A stretch of DNA of 62,951 nucleotides, counting the filler, from Intoshia linei (taxonomy: Eukaryota > Animalia > Orthonectida): NCBI GenBank assembly GCA_001642005.1. It is 9 parts of 9 records of this genome, joined end to end, with 100 filler letters (N's around TTAATTAATTAA, not from the genome) between each part and the next. Parts side by side here need not be neighbours in the genome. Positions count along the whole stretch, not along the records: positions 52,363 to 59,982 come from LWCA01001532.1; positions 60,083 to 61,744 come from LWCA01002537.1; positions 61,845 to 62,951 come from LWCA01002785.1; 6 more parts are not named here. One strand, 5' to 3'. Shown piece after piece: positions 54,875-62,951 of this stretch. The notes under the pieces are model-generated. The model was not told the DNA's origin and made no database searches. It worked only from the letters and a program-made list of their open reading frames with translations. The first letter of the stretch is position 1. Every line of letters begins with the position of its first letter. The position numbers and the translations under genes are program-made.

Positions 54875-56101
54875 TTACACATATCGTATAAATAATAACA
54901 ATAACAATAAAAGAGTGATACTACGAAATTGAATTGAATTTATTTTAATAAGGACATCTTTTACCGTTAAATGAAACTGAAGTAATATATGCTGACATTT
55001 AAATCTATCAATAAATTAATAAAAATGTAATAATATAAAAAAATGACAACATAATTATAATAATGATATAAGTTAACATACATCCATTTGTATTATAAAA
55101 TGTATAATATAAATAAAGGGAAAATGTACAACTTGTAAAAATATATGGGAAGATTAGATAAAATTAAAACCATAACTTTTTAAGTGTCAAAAAATGACAA
55201 ATTTACAATCTATATTAGTTAAATATAATAACTAAACCTTTGGGATGTAAAGTCAATTGGTTTAAAATTGTGAAGCCATGTTGCATTACTAATATCGGTC
55301 GAACATTCAAATGTAGCCGTATCACCGATATTCGAATAAACAATTTTTGGTGAAATAAAATTTTCTTTTTCTATAATATAAATTAAGTTATTTTATAACA
55401 GAAATATAAATGAAAAATGCAATGTATGTATAAATTTGTACTGAGCAAAATTACAACTCAACGGGTCACTGAGACAGACAACAATTGATGATTATAATGA
55501 CCATCTCCAAAATAGTTGTATAATTTTACAAGTTATAAGTTATAGCGCATTTTTCAGTTGTATTGAATTACAGACTGCAAGTCATAAATTACCTTGTAAA
55601 ACTTTTATTTGAGTGCACATGGCGCTGCGTACAACGCCTGCACTTGAATGTACATAGCAATGGTAACAGCCATTGTCCAGATAATGTAATTTTTTAAAGG
55701 TAAGTCTATCTTGCTTAACATGCCAATATTCTGGTTCATTTTGGATTTCAATATTCCGATCATTTTTGAATCTAAACCAAGTAACGTTTAGCGGTCCAGA
55801 AAGATTATTTTGCGACACAGATTGCACGACATCTTCATTAATATCGCAAAATAGAGTGTAATTGTGGTTCTGTAGAGCCCATTTTTCATGATTATCGAAA
55901 TTAAAATGCGATTGGTTTTTGTACAAGGTGATAGTTTTGGTAAAAAGCTGAGCCACTGGAGTAACACCTATATTAGCATTTTAATCGAAATAGAAAGTAA
56001 AAATTATAGAGTAGAATAATAAAAAATTACAAACCTCCAGTATAGCATATTGAAATCAAATTAAGATTAAAAATAAAAATTATACAGTATTTACAGTTCA
56101 T
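54875..56101 (-). CDS. Signal-peptide immunoglobulin-domain protein (~234 aa); exons 56101-56035, 55967-55593, 55370-55238, tentative last exon 55004-54875
   Basis: MNCKYCIIFIFNLNLISICYTG signal-like start. Ig1 TLFC...VTWFR...LTFKKLHYLDNGCYHC; Ig2 start GDTATFEC...ATWLHN. Phases are consistent across GT-AG introns. Confidence 0.75.
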
Positions 56102-56789
56102 GAGTAAACTTGATAATTTATAAAATCCGAAATTTGCACTTTTTTAAATAAAAAATTGTAGGTTTATTGGCAATAGGAGACAAACATTTTTCTGTATTCA
56201 TAATTTTCAATTTGTGTTAATTTGCGCACAATAATCAGATCATATCGGATAAACTCGATTACAAATGAAAAACAAAACTATCAAAACTATAAAAATTTGA
56301 ATATAAATTTCGCATTTATCATTCTACGAAATTAGTTCAACAGCTCACATTCTTGGGCTCAATGAGTAAACTACGCATTTTTGTAAACAATGGACTACTT
56401 TTAGTCGAGACTCGCAAGTAGCACTACCGCACGATTTATTATAATATCCATGGGTGTGTTTTATTGCGTAATTATTTGAATGTAAAAATGAATGAAAATA
56501 GAATTTAGACACTATTATTTACAACTAAAATTGGTACATACGTCTCAAATTTGTCAGTAGGCTAGATTGTAATGATTCTACCGATAATGTAGCACAATCA
56601 ATACAAATTTATTTACAAATTCATAACTCAATTTCACTTCCACATTTTTAGATATTACAAAATTTTTTACTTCTTTAGTTGTTAGGCTACCTTATTAAAT
56701 TTACACTAAATTTTAGTGCTAACTATATTGTTTAGTTTATACAATTTTTACTTTAGTTTAATTTTTGTTTATATTATTAATTTAAATTT

Positions 56790-57155
56790 ATGATGTTAGC
56801 TATTTACAGAAATTCAATGTTGGCAATAGGAAAATTAGTACCACGAAAATTACAACCATTATGGAAACATCCAGCTGGACCACAAACAATTTTTTTTTGG
56901 GCTCCAACATTTAAATGGTGTCTAGTTGGAGCTGGAGTCGCTGATTATACTAGACCAGCCGAAAAACTTAGCCTTCCACAATCATGTTCTCTTATGGTTA
57001 CTGGATTAATTTGGTCCAGGTATTCTATTGTTATTGAACCTATCAATTGGAATCTATTTTCCGTTAATTTTATGTTGGGCGTTACCGCCATTTATCAAGT
57101 TGTTAAAATTATTCGTTATCAACAATCTATCAAAAACACGAAAAGTGATGATTAG
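56790..57155 (+). CDS. MPC2: Mitochondrial pyruvate carrier 2 (intronless)
   Basis: KLQPLWKHPAGPQTIFFWAPTFKWCLVGAGVADYTRPAEKLS...TGLIWSRYSIVIEPINWNLFSVNF. Confidence 0.96.
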   Translation: MMLAIYRNSMLAIGKLVPRKLQPLWKHPAGPQTIFFWAPTFKWCLVGAGVADYTRPAEKLSLPQSCSLMVTGLIWSRYSIVIEPINWNLFSVNFMLGVTAIYQVVKIIRYQQSIKNTKSDD

Positions 57156-58221
57156 ATTACATTTAAATGTATATTTATTCCAATAAACAACTAACGTAAT
57201 TATAATTTTTTTGGTTTGCCGATTGTGAGGTATTCAAAACGAGTTGTAGTTACTGTTTATAGTTTTTAACTAACCAAATATTTCCATTTTTGTATTTTTA
57301 TACAGTATTCTCTCCACAACGCGTTAATTCTATATTTTGCAATATGATTATTATTGTAATATAGAAACATTTTAGTTGTATATCACGTTGAAATTTAAAA
57401 TGCTTCTAAATCGCATAAGGAAAAAAGCTTATATGTTAATAACTTATTACTAATAAGGCAAATGGATAATACATTTATTTAGAAAGTATAATATAAAGTA
57501 CATATATTTAGCAGGGAAATCTGTATATTACGTTTACAAAAAATGGTCTTTATATTCTATTCTATTTACGTATTTGCTTAAATTGTTGTATTTTACAATT
57601 TATTGTTAATTGGAATTTAATGCCTATAATTTAAAGGTTTTATCTGCTGTTTGTATAGTTTTAAATTCTTTATCTCGCCAACTTTTTCTAAATCCCAAGA
57701 ATGGCGAATTATACAGAGTACTGTATTTTAATTTATATTCTTTAAATTGTCAAGTAATTTCTCTTAAAATTTATGTCTTGGTCTGTAACCATTTATTTTA
57801 TAAAGAGACATAAGTTTGAAAACGCCAATCCTTACTTATATCAAGTAAAATGGTTAAAATATATGTCGGTTTGTTTGTTCCAGTTTATTTAGGAAAGTAA
57901 GATGAGTCGAGTTTTACAAATTTCATATTCTTATAACAGTTTTTCCAATGTTGTTTTATCGCAAATTTCAATTTCAGAAATTGAATCCTTCAAGGTTAAA
58001 AAACCAAATTGTCCTTTGTTTTTAAATTCATTAATATGATAATTTTCAATTTTAAAATCTTATACCTTCACCGCCAAAACTACAAATTACCCTTTTTAGT
58101 AAAAAGTAAGAAAGTCTTTAAATTTTGTACAACACAAGCATTCTATTTTATAGACAAAGACTACAAATTAAATTAAATTTTAGTTGACTCTGAGTCATGA
58201 AATTTGTACCGTTATACTGTG

Positions 58222-58919
58222 CTATTTTTTTTAAAATTGTAGGATCAATATTTACATTTTCAATTTTTATTTTATTCGAAATATTTGAAAATTATTGGTT
58301 GATAATATATTAAAAATTATTTTTCACCGGGAAGGCGTAGATTTCTGAGATTGAAATTTTGTATTTATATCAAATGGAATAAACTTTATCAGAAAGTATA
58401 TTTTTTTTAATTTTAATTAATTGGACTTATTTCACATTTTTTGGTTTAATAAAATATTTTGAAAAAAAATTATGAATACTAAAATGCTTTTTTTTACCGT
58501 GAAATTGTCACTTATTCTGATTGAAATTTTTTGTGTGGGTTAACAGGATACAACTGCACCACCTGTAATTTTTTTAATTCTAGGGCTGTTTTCATTAAAA
58601 AAAAGGGGTAATTTGAGGTTTTGGCCCTGAAGATGTAATTTTTTTAAATTTAAATTTATGATAATGTTTATGATTTTAAAATCCGTATCATCGTATATAT
58701 TTTTTTAAATTCTCCAACTTGTTTGATTTTCAAAAAAAGTACAATTGGGGTTTTTGAACCGTAAGATGTGAGTTTGGGAGGTTGAAATTATGTTTGCGAA
58801 CACCACCGGAAAAAAATGTAATTGAAATGTGAACTTTATAAAATTCTAAGATGGTAGTTATTTAAATAAAGCTGGACACACAGACACAAAAATCGCGTAG
58901 CATATTATATAAGTTAGGA
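58222..58919 (-). mobile_element. Helitron-like repeat family, longest 5' portion
   Basis: Ends aatcgcgtagcatattatataagttaggaT and overlaps the middle section of the 25275-26178 copy. Confidence 0.72.
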
Positions 58920-60082
58920 TAAATTTATCATAATTTCTGAGATTTTTTTTAAATTCATTAGTATTGTCATAAATTTTAACCTCAAAAAAGGTAATTTTCT
59001 GTCAATAACCCAGATTACCCTTTTGTTCAAATGAAAACAGGTAAAAAGATGTGAAAACTGAATTTGAAATGAATGTAAAATTATTTTCTAAATTTCGTCA
59101 AGTTTATAATTTAAAAAATATGGCTATAAAATGATTTTAATTTAAAAATTATTTAATCCCCAAAAATTGATTTAGCAACTCTGGGATGCCGTCATCCCAG
59201 GTTAAGAATCTATGATCTAGAGAGAAAATTTATGCACATGTCTACAATTCCTAGTCAAAAATAACTTAATATATAATCAACAAATATCTTTCCAATTTTT
59301 AATTAAAATTTAAAATATTGATCCTACAATTTCGAAAAAAATGCAATTTTTTGGATATATATTTGAAGTACAAAAATATTACTTTCAATCTCATAAAGTG
59401 ATTAATTCTGTTTATATATATCAATTATATTTATAATATACGCATATATAATATAATAAATTATATAATATTATAATATAATTATTATATTCTACGTAAA
59501 TTCTCATTTTCAGAAACCTGAAAGTTTATAATAAACTTTAGTTTAGTCTTTTTAATAATTTTATTTATAAGATTTATTTCAATGTTGGTAACATTGCTTC
59601 ATCCGAAATTCGTGGTAGAAGAAAGCTAAATATAAAATTCAAAAATAGGCGTGTTTACTGTCAAAACCTCAAATTACCTTTTTTTAAAAATGAATATGCA
59701 CTTCATTCTGCTGCAAATTAGAGGCGGTCATTATTTATAAATATATGTTGTATATTCAATTTTAATGTTAAAAAAAGTCTGATAAAATAACTCTACAACT
59801 AAAAATTGTAGTATGCAAGTTAATTGAATGAAAAAATGACAAAAAAATAAAAAACAGTGTATTATTAAATCTATATATATTAATTAGCTTTAGTAACTTG
59901 AAAATAAAATGGAGCGGTAGATATTCCAATATCATTATCCCCCATGATGATTCTTGCATAGCCATCAACGCCCCATAAAAGANNNNNNNNNNNNNNNNNN
60001 NNNNNNNNNNNNNNNNNNNNNNNNNNTTAATTAATTAANNNNNNNNNNNNNNNNNNNNNNNNNNNNNNNNNNNNNNNNNNNN

Positions 60083-60412
60083 TTAATAGGAGCAATATGG
60101 ATGTTTGGTGAAAGTGATTGACTTAATGGAATCTAGAAAATATACAATTAGTCAAGCTTATAAAACTTAAACTGAATTAAAATTTGAAAATGATTGTTTC
60201 ATAGAAAAGTATATTCAGAAAAAAATTAAAAACACAGACTTATATGAAATTATGCACCCTTCGAGAAATGACATCCCACCAAGTATATACGTTGATTTAA
60301 AGAAATGCCAACCAACCTCTTGTTCCGTTGAAAGAAGCTTCTCAAAACTAAAAAGAATGGTAACCAAAGATCGATATTTTCTGAAAAAAATATTTCATGT
60401 TATGTCATGTTA
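60083..60412 (+). pseudogene. hAT transposase remnant related to that at 41-810
   Basis: MESRKYTISQAYKT*...IEKYIQKKIK...LKKCQPTSCSVERSFSKLKRMVTKDRYF, with an internal stop. Confidence 0.78.
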
Positions 60413-61083
60413 ATTTTAAATATTTTAATGTCACATAATTAATGATTAATATTATTAATTAATATTTTAATGACTATTTCATTTTCAATTCAAATAAATT
60501 TAATGAACTTTGCATCAATTGTTGTCTTGTGTTGTTTAGTAGTAACTTTAGTGCTAGAAATTTTTTTCCATAAAAAATTGCATTTGTTGACTCTAATAAT
60601 ATATGTAACCAAATGAATTATAATATTACGCTAGTTACCGATTAAATGTTTAAAAATAAACATCATCTATTATATAGTATTTTAAAGTTATTAATTGAAT
60701 TCCGCTTAATGTTTTTTGAGAATTGAGAATTTTTATTAATGTTATTATTCAATTCTAGTTTTTAGTTTACAATAAATGTATTTTATAATATTTTTCAATA
60801 AAATGCCGAAACTTTTTTGTAAATTGCAAAAACAAATATAAATATGCTGTAATTTGAATGTAAGTTGACGTTTGATTGTAATTAAGGTGAATGTATAACA
60901 TTACTGCAATTAATTATTGTATTTTTTTGTATTACAGTCCAACCCCATGTAGGATAGTATTCTCAATTTACAATAGTTCATATAATTTTACTTAAATTAC
61001 ATGTCGATACGTTAACAAATATTGAATGAATATTCTTTTTAACATGTTTATTTAGTTTCTATTAAGTTGTATATTTAAAATTT

Positions 61084-61535
61084 ATGTTGAAAATGATAAC
61101 GTGTACAATCTCGGTGGTTATAATTTTAATTTTAAAGATTCAATCGTTCACTTTGAAACCTATATTAATATGTTTGAATTGTGTTGAAAATATATTTAAT
61201 TTATATATTAATAGTTCCAGGATATGCTGGTACAAAATTGGAAGCACGATTAACTAATATGAAATCAAAACATTGGTACTGCAATAAAAATTCCGATTGG
61301 TTTTTAATATGGTTCAATATTTTTGAAGAATTACCATTCAAAATGAATTGTTTTAAAGAAATTATGACGTTTGTTTTTGAATCATGCATTTTTCATTATT
61401 TGTATAGCATTCACTACAATAATAAAAACTATACACACGGAACAAACACACCGGGCGTTGAAATACGCGTTTTCAATGATAGTTTTGGGCGGTTGGATGC
61501 TATTGAAAAAATATCTTATTATGACTTTGAAAATA
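61084..61535 (+). CDS. LCAT / group XV lysosomal phospholipase A2 family, 5' part; exons 61084-61171, 61215-61368, 61408-61535
   Basis: Signal peptide then KPILIFPGYAGTKLEARL...HWYCNKNSDWFLIWFN...NCF...TPGVEIRV...FG. Introns of 43 and 39 nt. Confidence 0.9.
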
Positions 61536-62508
61536 GTAATTTAATTATTAATTTATAATTAATATAATATATAATACACTTTTATATTTGCGATACTATT
61601 AAATAATTTACAGAGTTTGTCATAAATATAAATTTTGTTTTCATGAATATAAATTTTAATGAAAATATTAAGAAATTAAAGTGAATGACGATAGTTCTAA
61701 AACATAAAAAAATTGTATTACACACATTTATTTCTACAATGTAANNNNNNNNNNNNNNNNNNNNNNNNNNNNNNNNNNNNNNNNNNNNTTAATTAATTAA
61801 NNNNNNNNNNNNNNNNNNNNNNNNNNNNNNNNNNNNNNNNNNNNATAATTAAAACTGGTTAAAATAATGATATTTTCTAATTTTTTATCATTTATTGGTT
61901 AATCAGTATTTACTTTATAGTATATATTTTTTTCCATTATATATTGAAGTTTAAATTATAATATACATTAAAAAATAATATTTAAATATTTTAAATTATG
62001 TATACTTAATTCTGGTGTAAACGCCATAAAATATTTTGTAATATTGGTTGGTTCTGTAGCATTTCAATTTTAACTGGGATTGGTAGGGAGTTCTTTCTAG
62101 GGACCAATTTTATTTTTTAAATTTATGCATATATTTCGTTTTAACTGATTTATAATAATCTATTCATTTCAGGATCAAAAGTAATTTGGTTAAAAGTATA
62201 AAATGTGGCATGTACTGTATATAAACGTTTATGGCGTGTATCATATTACCCGTTAATACCATCATATTCTTATAAATACATCAAATGTGACAAAACTTAC
62301 TGAATAATTAGAACGTAATTCGATATTAGTTAACAAGATATTTTCCATAATTTTCCTGAAGATGAATTTTCCCCCAAAGGATTGATACGGAAGGATTTTT
62401 GTATCAGTCATGGAAAATTTGAACTCAATTAGCAAATAGTTTTCTATTGGCGTTAACAATTTAACTTAAAATCACTTTTGAAATTTATTTTGGCGTTTAA
62501 CTGATATA

Positions 62509-62951
62509 TTACACAATTATTAATATTATGTAATGGGGTATCTTGATATCAGACCTACAATATAAATACTGATATATTACATCAATTAAATATCGATTAT
62601 ATTTTATAATAAAATATGTCTTGCTTATATTTAATTCAGAGAGATTTCCAAATAATATTATTTCATCAATATCCGATAATGCCGCAGTAAATTCAGCATT
62701 CAATGAAACATCTATTATAGTATAGTTTCTTGTCACTTCCACTCGCTTAAATACCATTTCTCCTGTAGAAGATGATCTCTAAAATTTCAAATATATTTTA
62801 ATAGCTTTTGAACCATTTTGCTTCTTAAGGTAAAAATAAATCCTGGAGCTTCAGTTAGACCTAGTTTATTATTGGTATTGCAACCAATTCCTAATAAATG
62901 GCCATCGTTAATGCAAAATATTCGATCGAAACCACCACAGAATTGTAGGGG
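62509..62951 (-). CDS. RCC1-repeat-like protein fragment
   Basis: CGGFDRIFCINDGHLLGIGCNTNNKLGL and IIDVSLNAEFTAALSDIDEIILFGN resemble RCC1 blades. Exon structure not resolved. Confidence 0.45.

Overview
Very AT-rich eukaryotic (metazoan) genomic DNA, not prokaryotic. The window is nine sequence pieces joined by eight identical 100-bp spacers (44 N + TTAATTAATTAA + 44 N), so adjacency across spacers is not established. Spliced genes reconstructed by hand from splice sites and frame continuity: an alpha-type nicotinic acetylcholine receptor with the Pro-Ala M1-M2 motif of lophotrochozoan anion-selective nAChRs, a TRPA1-like channel (3' part), glutaryl-CoA dehydrogenase, a KLHL10-like BTB-BACK-kelch gene, UBE2E, ARPC5 (with a U12-type AT-AC intron), a broken 2-Cys peroxiredoxin, a small signal-peptide Ig-domain protein, intronless MPC2, an LCAT/PLA2G15-like lipase (5' part), a cyclin E C-terminal exon, a CCDC33-like coiled-coil fragment and an RCC1-repeat-like fragment. 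Intergenic DNA and long introns are full of non-autonomous DNA transposons: an abundant Helitron-like family (A|TC...CTAG|T), Buster/hAT MITEs with nnnTAnnn 8-bp TSDs, a piggyBac MITE, a Tc1/pogo-type MITE, hAT transposase remnants and an LTR-retrotransposon gag remnant. Tiny 33-43 nt introns, extreme AT content and the anionic nAChR type suggest a reduced lophotrochozoan genome; an orthonectid such as Intoshia is my inference, not verified. I found no convincing wholly new biological system. The best leads are the nAChR pore (Pro-Ala plus Arg at 16'), the retained minor-spliceosome intron, and a Helitron-end/peroxiredoxin chimera.
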